Part shown: positions 57,292 to 64,000 of the stretch, piece by piece
Layout of the letters: every line of letters starts with the position of its first letter
Position numbering within the stretch: position 1 is the stretch's first letter
Assembly: GCA_964627095.1 (NCBI GenBank)
Contig: CAZVKH010000001.1
Coordinates: forward strand, 8,451-72,450
Direction: 5' to 3'
Source of the DNA: an uncultured Candidatus Saccharibacteria bacterium
Lineage (GTDB): Bacteria; Patescibacteriota; Saccharimonadia; Saccharimonadales; JAUPVS01
DNA: 64,000 nucleotides
Position numbers and translations under genes: made by a program
Notes under the pieces: model-generated
Seen by the model: only the letters and a program-made list of their open reading frames with translations
Told to the model about the DNA's origin: nothing
Database searches by the model: none

Positions 57292-57326
57292 TCATGCTTG
57301 AGCTTACACCGTTTAACCTCTATACT
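57292..57326 (+). promoter_or_regulatory. Promoter TCATGCTTGAGC-17-TATACT for the 57359 gene (fourth instance of the TCATGCTTG motif)
   Basis: -35 TTGAGC with the upstream TCATGC extension, -10 TATACT. Shine-Dalgarno GAGAGGG before the ATG. Confidence 0.45.
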
Positions 57327-57358
57327 AACTAGCAATAGGTAAAAGAGAGGGTTAACGC

Positions 57359-58408
57359 ATGGCTAGACTACCAGTTCCGGGCGGCGATACGGGTACATGG
57401 GGCACTGTACTCAATGACTTCTTAGGGGTAGCACATAATAGCGACGGCACGCTGAAGTCAATCACTTCGGCTACCGTGTCAGATTTTTCCGAAGCAGCCA
57501 TCGACGCTGCCGGTAGCGCCATGACAGCAGGTCCGGGCGTTTCTGTAACTGTCGACGATAACGCCAACACCATCACTGTTGGTAACGTCCGAACTACTAA
57601 TGTGCAAACTGCCAGCTACACACTGGCCTTAACCGATGCATTTAAGACCGTCCAGTTTGATGCTGCCGGTAATGTTTTCCCTACTCTTACCATCCCGACC
57701 AACGACGTTATACCATTTGCAATTGGAACGGTAGTTTATGTCACTCACTTAGCTACCGCCCGCTATACCACTGTAGCCGCTTCTGGAGGTGTTACACTGC
57801 AAGCTCCTAGCGGTCTTTCGGTTGGGCCAAAGCAAACCCTAACTCTGCAAAAAACCGCCAGCGATACCTGGATTGTTACCAGCGCCATCAGTGCCAGTGA
57901 CCCAGGCGTACTTCACGAAGTTGGCGCCTTGCCACCGGGTTACTCGCATCTTGGTACAGTTTCAACACTTAGCCTAAATGGTCAGATTTGGGTTCCTTTC
58001 GAAATCCAGTCGCCAATGGCGATGCCGGCAATAGTCATAAGGGTCACCACTGCCGTACCCGGATCACAGTTTAACCTGAGTATCTATCAGTGTGATACTT
58101 CTTGGACGGCTGCCTCATTTATTGGCACCATAATCAACCAGACGGCTGTTACCGGACTAAATACTATTACCCCACCGGCCACTACACTGCCACCAGGGCG
58201 TTATAGTATAAAGCTACGTTATTCTGACCTTTCGGCTATCGATATCCGAGCCATTAACTGTGCTCCGCCTTTCGTGGATCCCAGCATTGGTGCCACCGCT
58301 GGTGTCCAAAAACTAACCGGCTCATCTGGTAGTAACGACTGGACCGCTGCCACCTTAGCGACCGGAGGCTTTCAGCTCCCTTTCTTCTTCAGCCAACGGG
58401 CTCTGTAG
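57359..58408 (+). CDS. Thr/Gly/Ala-rich hypothetical protein, phage minor-tail/tail-fibre-like N-terminus
   Basis: MARLPVPGGDTGTWGTVLNDFLGVAHNSDGTLK… No signal peptide. Beta-rich repeats. Confidence 0.45.
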   Translation: MARLPVPGGDTGTWGTVLNDFLGVAHNSDGTLKSITSATVSDFSEAAIDAAGSAMTAGPGVSVTVDDNANTITVGNVRTTNVQTASYTLALTDAFKTVQFDAAGNVFPTLTIPTNDVIPFAIGTVVYVTHLATARYTTVAASGGVTLQAPSGLSVGPKQTLTLQKTASDTWIVTSAISASDPGVLHEVGALPPGYSHLGTVSTLSLNGQIWVPFEIQSPMAMPAIVIRVTTAVPGSQFNLSIYQCDTSWTAASFIGTIINQTAVTGLNTITPPATTLPPGRYSIKLRYSDLSAIDIRAINCAPPFVDPSIGATAGVQKLTGSSGSNDWTAATLATGGFQLPFFFSQRAL

Positions 58409-58443
58409 CACCTCCGGCGGACACACCGCCAGATGTTCCATCA

Positions 58444-59388
58444 ATGCAGCTCGTTGGCTCGAATCCATTCGCGCTTACGCAACCTTCGGGTGCGCGTGGT
58501 CTTCATACGCTTATGCCGTTTGGCAGTAAGCTTTACGCCGGTTTTGGTGACTGGATTTCGAATACCGGTCCGGTTGAAATCACTTCTTGGAATGGCTCAT
58601 CTTGGACTAGCGAATTTACTGCCAAAACGGAAAGTATAGTTCGCTACCGAGTTTTGAACGGTAAGCTGTTTGTACCTTATATCGACCCACGCACCAGTTA
58701 TCACAACGACTTTGCCGTTCTGGAATCTGGTGGCTGGACCGAATATCGAACTGGATCAGGGCCAAACGAAGCCACCTTACACACCTTTGATATGACATAC
58801 TTTGGCGGTCAATACTGGGGGGCCGGTGCCGCCACCGATGACAATAAGGCGTCGGTTTACCGCAGCGCCGACTATACATCCGGTGGATCCTGGACTCGTT
58901 CCAACTTTGGCACACCGAACGGCGAAGATCGTATCTATACTATCTGGCAAGCCGATGGCAATTTGTACTGCCGCTTCTCGACCGGGCCTGGTGTCGTTTT
59001 CTTATGGAATGGCTCGGCGTGGGTAGACTCCGGCCTATCCAACACCAACGCACCCGGCTGGAACACCGAAACTTTTGGTACCAAAACTGCCTACACCAAT
59101 GCCTTTAACGGCGGTAGTGCCGACAAAGTCCGCACCTTCGACAGCACTAATGGCGTCCAAACCTGGGATAACGCCGGCAACACCTATGCGCTGTGTGTCA
59201 GTGGTAGTTACGTATACGCCCTGGCCGACGCCGGTACGGCCTTTAAGCAAGTTCTCCGCTCCACCGACCTCGTAACTTGGACACCAATCGCCCTGCCACC
59301 GTCTGACTGCGAAAGCATAGCTATTTGGAATAATACCGTCTACGTTGGTACCACTAGCGGCGCGCTATACAACTATGCGCTTAGTTAG
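58444..59388 (+). CDS. Hypothetical Trp/Gly/Thr-rich beta-propeller-like protein
   Basis: 314 aa, repeated W/G/T motifs (…SWNGSSWT…, …GGWTEY…, …LWNGSAWVD…). Confidence 0.45.
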   Translation: MQLVGSNPFALTQPSGARGLHTLMPFGSKLYAGFGDWISNTGPVEITSWNGSSWTSEFTAKTESIVRYRVLNGKLFVPYIDPRTSYHNDFAVLESGGWTEYRTGSGPNEATLHTFDMTYFGGQYWGAGAATDDNKASVYRSADYTSGGSWTRSNFGTPNGEDRIYTIWQADGNLYCRFSTGPGVVFLWNGSAWVDSGLSNTNAPGWNTETFGTKTAYTNAFNGGSADKVRTFDSTNGVQTWDNAGNTYALCVSGSYVYALADAGTAFKQVLRSTDLVTWTPIALPPSDCESIAIWNNTVYVGTTSGALYNYALS

Positions 59389-59950
59389 CTCGGGCTTTTT
59401 GCAAGACCTTGGCCCACCACACCAAGTTGTCCATCAGCTTCTCAGGGCTAGAGCCTCGCAAATTTCCTTCGCTAAAGTTGCCTTCTTCGTCAAAAGCACC
59501 CCAAACGTCAATCACCTTGACTGAAGTACCTAGTAGCGGCACCATCCCAATTTGGGCAACCACCGGCACAAGATGCTCTAGTGTAGCCGAGCCACCTAGG
59601 GCACCGTAGCCAACAAAGGCCACCGGCTTACGGGCCCACTCGTTATACAAGTAATCTATAGCGTTCTTTAGGCTGGCTGGATAGCCATGGTTATACTCGG
59701 GTGTAACAAAAACATAGCCATCGAATGAATCAATAAGTTTTGACCACTTCTTGGTATGCTCTCTTTGATATTGTTGCATCGAAGCCAAATTTGATTCATC
59801 TAGAAATGGCAGATTAACATCAGCCAGGTCGATTAGCGTAAACTTAACATCCGGCGTGTCAGAAACTTGATCAACAAACCAGTCGGCAATTTTACGACCG
59901 ACACGGGAAGGGCGGGTAGAGCCAACGATAACGGCAATTTTTAAAGTCAT
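59381..59950 (-). CDS. NADPH-dependent FMN reductase (flavodoxin-like fold)
   Basis: MTLKIAVIVGSTRPSRVGRKIADW… FMN_red family. Confidence 0.75.
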   Translation of the reverse strand: MTLKIAVIVGSTRPSRVGRKIADWFVDQVSDTPDVKFTLIDLADVNLPFLDESNLASMQQYQREHTKKWSKLIDSFDGYVFVTPEYNHGYPASLKNAIDYLYNEWARKPVAFVGYGALGGSATLEHLVPVVAQIGMVPLLGTSVKVIDVWGAFDEEGNFSEGNLRGSSPEKLMDNLVWWAKVLQKARAN

Positions 59951-60028
59951 GGGTGTGTAACCTTTCGTTAATTTTCTATATCGCTATAAATTGTATAGTA
60001 ACTTACTATACTTTGTAAAGCCTGAAGT

Positions 60029-60379
60029 GTGCGTTATACTGCTAGCATGAATCCTGCCATCGAAAAACATCCTGGCTGTATCGAAAATACTTTAACCATC
60101 CTCGGCGACAAATGGACTGCCTTAATTGTGCGTGACCTCTCTTCTGCCAAAGCCCGCTTTGGTGACCTCGAGACCTCTTTGGCTGGTATCAGCCCGCGTA
60201 CCCTGAGCCAACGCCTCGACAAACTAGAAAAAGAAGGCATTGTAATTAGACGCCTCTACTGCGAGCGACCACCACGTTACACCTACGAACTAACTAGTAA
60301 GGGGCTGGAACTTCAAGAAATTCTAGTCAAGATGTCCGAGTGGGGTGACCGCCATAACTGCCAAAAGGGTATCGCGTAG
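60029..60379 (+). CDS. HxlR-family winged-helix transcriptional regulator
   Basis: …ILGDKWTALIVRDL…GISPRTLSQRLDKLEKEGIV… Divergent from the FMN reductase gene. Confidence 0.8.
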   Translation: MRYTASMNPAIEKHPGCIENTLTILGDKWTALIVRDLSSAKARFGDLETSLAGISPRTLSQRLDKLEKEGIVIRRLYCERPPRYTYELTSKGLELQEILVKMSEWGDRHNCQKGIA

Positions 60380-61291
60380 CTCGTCAACATTGTTAGCGGC
60401 CATAAAACGCTCGCGGAGTTCTTTGGCGCCATCAAAGCCGTTAATATAAACCTTACAGAATTTGTTAAGGGTATGAACTTTTCTTTCATTATTTTGCCAG
60501 GTTTGGGCGAACAGCTCGATATGGCGCTGGAACAACTCCATCTTTTGCTGCTTGGTCATGTCTACCCACGGACTTTGCTGAGCAAACACATAGGGGTCTT
60601 CAAAAATACCACGGCCGATCATAATTCCATCCAGCTTATACTCCTCTGCCTTTGCCAAGGCCTCTTGGCGCGTTAGCACATCGCCATTACCAACTAGTAA
60701 GGTGGCGGGGGAGAGCTGGTCACGCAACTCGCGGATCTGGTTGATAACATCCCAGTGAACCGGCACCTTAGACATTTCTTTAGTGGTCCGACCATGTATA
60801 GTTAACATGTTAAGTTTTAAGCTTAGCAGAAATTCTGGCCAGGTAATGTCGACTTCATTAAAGCCAATCCGGGTTTTTACCGAAACGGGGAAGTCTTCCC
60901 CGGCGGCTTTTTGGACAGCCCGGATGATCTCCCCTGCCGCTTCCCTGTTATTAATTAAGGCGCTGCAGCAGCCATTCTTAACGACAGTCTTGTCGGGACA
61001 CCCCATATTTATGTCCACCCCAGCAAAGCCCATTTCTTTAAGTTCCAGAGTAGTTTTGTAATAATTATCGGGGTTTTTACCCCATAACTGGGCAATAATT
61101 GGCGTTTCTTGGGCAGTAAACTGCAACTTGGGGAGTAGCTTTTCCCGACCCGGACTTTGCAAGCCATCGACGTTAACAAACTCGGTAAAATAGAGGTCGG
61201 GTGGAGCGGTACTAGCCACTACCTGACGGAACACGCTGTCGGTGACATCGTCCATGGGGGCTAAAACTAGGAAGGGCTGCGGTAACTGCAT
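60323..61291 (-). CDS. dus: tRNA-dihydrouridine synthase
   Basis: TIM-barrel Dus family (…LAPMDDVTDSVFR…CPDKTVVKNGCCSAL…). 3' end overlaps hxlR by 57 nt. Confidence 0.8.
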   Translation of the reverse strand: MQLPQPFLVLAPMDDVTDSVFRQVVASTAPPDLYFTEFVNVDGLQSPGREKLLPKLQFTAQETPIIAQLWGKNPDNYYKTTLELKEMGFAGVDINMGCPDKTVVKNGCCSALINNREAAGEIIRAVQKAAGEDFPVSVKTRIGFNEVDITWPEFLLSLKLNMLTIHGRTTKEMSKVPVHWDVINQIRELRDQLSPATLLVGNGDVLTRQEALAKAEEYKLDGIMIGRGIFEDPYVFAQQSPWVDMTKQQKMELFQRHIELFAQTWQNNERKVHTLNKFCKVYINGFDGAKELRERFMAANNVDELRDTLLAVMAVTPLGHLD

Positions 61292-61300
61292 CGCTCTAGT

Positions 61301-62098
61301 TTATTGGTACTTACGTAGTTCTTGCAACACATTACTTTGCGATGTCCGCAACAGACTGTCGCGGCGCTGGGCATACTCTAAGGTATGCTCAGTGTATCTC
61401 AACCAGTGTCGTGTTCGCTGATTGCCGTCACCATGCAAACCAAATAAAACGACCGTTAAGGCTCTTTTGGCCATAACGTGTTCATCAACCGACCAGCCCA
61501 GCCGTTTACCAGCTACTCCAATCATATTGCCAATAGTGTCTTTGGTTTGCACTACTTTAGGGTATAGTTTATCGGCGCGATAATGGGCCCGACCGCCACT
61601 TCTAGCCTCTTTGGCGACAACTCGAACACAATCGACTTCGGCCTGTATGGCCGCTCGGCGATCTTCTAGTTTAACGACACGACCTTCAAGCCCTTCCCTA
61701 GCCTTACGCTTCTTAACGGCTTCAACAAGATGTGGGCGATTCTGATACTCACTTTCGGCGCGAGCCCTAATTCGCTTGGCCAGCATGACTGGACTACTAA
61801 CAATCGCCTTGTAGTCATCGGCCGGGAAAACCAATCCGCGCCAAGCGTTATCGACATCATCATCATGGGCATTGCCGGTATACAAAGCTAAGCGAATGTC
61901 TACCGGATCAATTATTGCCAAGTCCTCGACAGCCGTTGCCCCCATGGCTTGGCGACTAGTTTCGGTATCGCTTAAAACATTCAACAGATGACTGAACGTA
62001 ACTGGCTGTTCCCAGTCAATTCCTAACTCATGCCTTGGCTGGGTGCCTTCGAATGGAAGTGGTCCCTGCCCCACCCCGGGATGTGTTGCTTGTGCCAT
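61301..62098 (-). CDS. Hypothetical protein (265 aa)
   Basis: No recognised domain. Basic, Arg-rich. Confidence 0.4.
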   Translation of the reverse strand: MAQATHPGVGQGPLPFEGTQPRHELGIDWEQPVTFSHLLNVLSDTETSRQAMGATAVEDLAIIDPVDIRLALYTGNAHDDDVDNAWRGLVFPADDYKAIVSSPVMLAKRIRARAESEYQNRPHLVEAVKKRKAREGLEGRVVKLEDRRAAIQAEVDCVRVVAKEARSGGRAHYRADKLYPKVVQTKDTIGNMIGVAGKRLGWSVDEHVMAKRALTVVLFGLHGDGNQRTRHWLRYTEHTLEYAQRRDSLLRTSQSNVLQELRKYQ

Positions 62099-62103
62099 CG
62101 CTA

Positions 62104-62472
62104 TTAACCAAGCAGCCTTCGGGCGGCTGCTACACCAGCTCTGCCAATATCAATTTCGTCTTTACCGGGACGCATATAAGCATCATGCCCGATTGGTTTA
62201 GGTGGTCCTTTTACCATGTCTTCAGGTCCAAGTTGATCGGATGTTTTTGCAGGTTTGGGTTCTGCCGTATCAACACGAGCAACTGGAGCCTGCTCAGCAG
62301 CCAAATCTTCGTCACGACTAGCGACTATACCAGCCGCTCGGGCAGCTTGTTCGCGATATGGGTCTTTAAACTCTGGCTGTTCGGTAGGTGGCGTTGTATC
62401 TGCAGACATTCCAGAGGGCGCTTCGGACGGAGCTTGAGGAGTGGGATCAAACAATGACGGCTGATCGTTCAT
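62104..62472 (-). CDS. Hypothetical Pro/Ala-rich low-complexity protein
   Basis: 122 aa, predicted disordered. Confidence 0.3.
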   Translation of the reverse strand: MNDQPSLFDPTPQAPSEAPSGMSADTTPPTEQPEFKDPYREQAARAAGIVASRDEDLAAEQAPVARVDTAEPKPAKTSDQLGPEDMVKGPPKPIGHDAYMRPGKDEIDIGRAGVAAARRLLG

Positions 62473-62520
62473 ACGCCAAATATACCATGTGTGTGTAATT
62501 TTTACAATTATGCGGTGGGG

Positions 62521-63633
62521 TTATTCCCAGCGGAAAATGCGGAAGGCAATGAAGTATATAATTACCGTCCAAGCTGCCATCAAGCCAAGTTGTGGTCCTA
62601 GCTCTAACAAAGTCTTGCCTTCGGTGGCGATTAAACGAATGCCCTCGATAACCGGTGTTAGCGGCAAGAATGACGACACCGTTTGCAGCCACTCGGGCAT
62701 TAAGAAGCGCGGGAAAAACGTGCCCGACAAAAATAACATCGGAAACACCACAATGTTAGACAGTGGTGCGGCCTGCTGCTCGTTCTTGGCCCAACCACCC
62801 AGCGCCAGGCCAATGCCTAAAATCATGGCAATACTAAATACTAAAAACAGGGCCAAAGCCAAGTAGTTGCCAACCACATTAAGATCAAATACGACTATGG
62901 CGACAATAAACATCAGCGCCATGGTCATCATGCCAACCACGCTTTGCGAAACAACGTTAGCTAAAAAGTACTGCCAAACCCGTAGCGGCGTGGTGTGCAA
63001 GCGGCGCAGTACGCCCTGCTTTTTAAGCTCCGGAAAAACGTTAACTGGGCCAAATATGCCAATACCGATAATCGAAAAGCCTAGTAAGCCAGCAAAAGTG
63101 TAATCGAATTGGCTGAGCGCTTGTTCATTAATCTGCTCGGCCTTAACTGTGAAAGGTGTTGGGGCTTTGACAAACTGGCTATTCAAGCCCTGGAATTGGG
63201 ATTGCAGAATAGACGTTAGGGCTTGGCTGGCTTGTAGGTTGTTTTGGGTATAGTAGACCACGGCCTGGCCGCTTGGTAGCTCACCACTTTGCTGCCCAAA
63301 ACTAGAAGGCAAAATTATGGTGGCGTCTAACTGGCCGCGTGTCATCTTTTCTTTGGCGCCGTCCAGCGAAGTTACATCAGTGCTGACTTTGTAAATCTGG
63401 GCCTTGCCAATCTGTTCGGTGAGCTGCTTAGCGTAGGGCGAGTCGGACTGATTTATAACCGCCACTTTAAACGAAGTGTCGTTGTTTTTGCCAAAGATTC
63501 CGCCAAAAACAAACAAGAATATCAACGGGAATGCAAAGATGAAAAACAGCGAGGTTTTATCACGAAAAGCCCGCCGAATCGCCACCTTAGCAAAGACTTT
63601 AACAGGCAGCAACGACTGTTTCAGGTTGCTCAT
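62521..63633 (-). CDS. ABC-2 type transporter permease
   Basis: N-terminal TM plus large extracytoplasmic loop, then five C-terminal TM helices (ABC2_membrane architecture). Confidence 0.8.
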   Translation of the reverse strand: MSNLKQSLLPVKVFAKVAIRRAFRDKTSLFFIFAFPLIFLFVFGGIFGKNNDTSFKVAVINQSDSPYAKQLTEQIGKAQIYKVSTDVTSLDGAKEKMTRGQLDATIILPSSFGQQSGELPSGQAVVYYTQNNLQASQALTSILQSQFQGLNSQFVKAPTPFTVKAEQINEQALSQFDYTFAGLLGFSIIGIGIFGPVNVFPELKKQGVLRRLHTTPLRVWQYFLANVVSQSVVGMMTMALMFIVAIVVFDLNVVGNYLALALFLVFSIAMILGIGLALGGWAKNEQQAAPLSNIVVFPMLFLSGTFFPRFLMPEWLQTVSSFLPLTPVIEGIRLIATEGKTLLELGPQLGLMAAWTVIIYFIAFRIFRWE

Positions 63634-63635
63634 GG

Positions 63636-64000
63636 CTAGTCCTTCAGGTCCTTGCCGGTAAGATCAATAAATACGTCCTCGAGGTCGGCTTGCTCAACAT
63701 GCTTTGCCTTTTTAAAGCCACGTTTTAGAAGTTGCTGGACAAGGTTTTTGGGCGTGTCTAAGGCGATGATTTTGCCATTATCCATAATGGCAACGCGATC
63801 ACACAATATCTCGGCCTCTTCCATATAGTGCGTAGTTAAAATGACTGTGACGCCACTATCACGAGTCTTTTTGACCAAGTCCCACAAATGACGGCGAGCT
63901 TGGGGGTCCAACCCAGTGGTGGGTTCGTCCATAAAAAAGACTTTAGGCTTATGTACCAATGAGGCCACAATGCTAAAGCGTTGGCGCTGGCCCCCCGACA
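63636..64000 (-). CDS. ABC transporter ATP-binding protein (C-terminal part; 5' end beyond the window)
   Basis: LSGGQ signature (SGGQRQRFSIVASLV) at the window edge, Walker B FFMDEPTTGLD, H-loop TTHYMEE. Confidence 0.8.
   Translation of the reverse strand, partial: SGGQRQRFSIVASLVHKPKVFFMDEPTTGLDPQARRHLWDLVKKTRDSGVTVILTTHYMEEAEILCDRVAIMDNGKIIALDTPKNLVQQLLKRGFKKAKHVEQADLEDVFIDLTGKDLKD

Noticed and set aside
1-64000. CRISPR arrays, insertion sequences, transposases, integrases, rRNA genes
   Set aside because: None seen. The only tandem repeat is the in-frame protein repeat at 21576..21846.

Overview
This 64-kb window looks like a gene-dense chromosomal segment from a small-genome monoderm bacterium with about 50 % GC. 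The gene content (type IV pilin, ComEC, a lamin-tail-domain surface protein, very few biosynthetic genes) is most consistent with Candidatus Saccharibacteria/Patescibacteria. That assignment is inferred from gene content alone.

I found no rRNA, CRISPR array, transposase or integrase. I did not check codon usage, internal stop codons or alternative genetic codes; the standard code is assumed.

**Recognisable housekeeping content**
- 3' end of murA.
- Nine tRNAs, all with encoded CCA: His/Arg/Gly cluster, Pro, Lys, fMet, Met, Ile2.
- tatA-tatC.
- P1B-type ATPase.
- UbiB-family kinase.
- rny / HAD / ymdB operon.
- tsaE-tsaB.
- recA-recX.
- ruvC-ruvA-ruvB.
- yebC.
- comEC.
- rimK plus a retropepsin-like partner.
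- A CIRCE-controlled hrcA-grpE-dnaK-cutA-dnaJ heat-shock locus.
- cmk, bcp, lepA, murJ, ftsH, tilS.
- An oxidative pentose-phosphate operon (zwf-gnd-pgl).
- A GH10 xylanase.
- A thioredoxin/CcdA pair.
- An ECF sigma factor.
- dus.
- An ABC-2 exporter.

**Most interesting observations**
1. A conserved structured element of about 75-100 nt sits next to a tRNA plus bidirectional terminator at three places (at Pro, Lys and fMet). Its stems show compensatory base changes between copies. I treat it as a candidate new small RNA or cis element.
2. An extended -35 motif, TCATGCTTGCA/TCATGCTTGAG, recurs upstream of four genes: three leaderless and one with a 32-nt leader and Shine-Dalgarno.
3. A membrane-anchored double-AAA+ Clp/Hsp100 ATPase is translationally coupled (ATGA overlap) to a small membrane protein.
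4. A DNA-uptake/recombination neighbourhood is anchored by a secreted lamin-tail-domain protein carrying four Cys-pair repeats. Pilin, ruvCAB and comEC lie nearby.
5. An ECF sigma gene is followed by a near-consensus sigma70 promoter, a 27-codon ORF and a terminator.
6. A mini-protein with a Tat-type signal (RKEFL) heads the tatA-tatC operon.
7. A stand-alone GGDEF (GGDEL) cyclase is present.
8. Two large Thr/Gly-rich, tail-fibre-like proteins sit immediately 3' of tRNA-Ile2 and look compositionally distinct.

Several gene starts in the ORF track use TTG/GTG and were moved to ATG codons that have an upstream Shine-Dalgarno or promoter.
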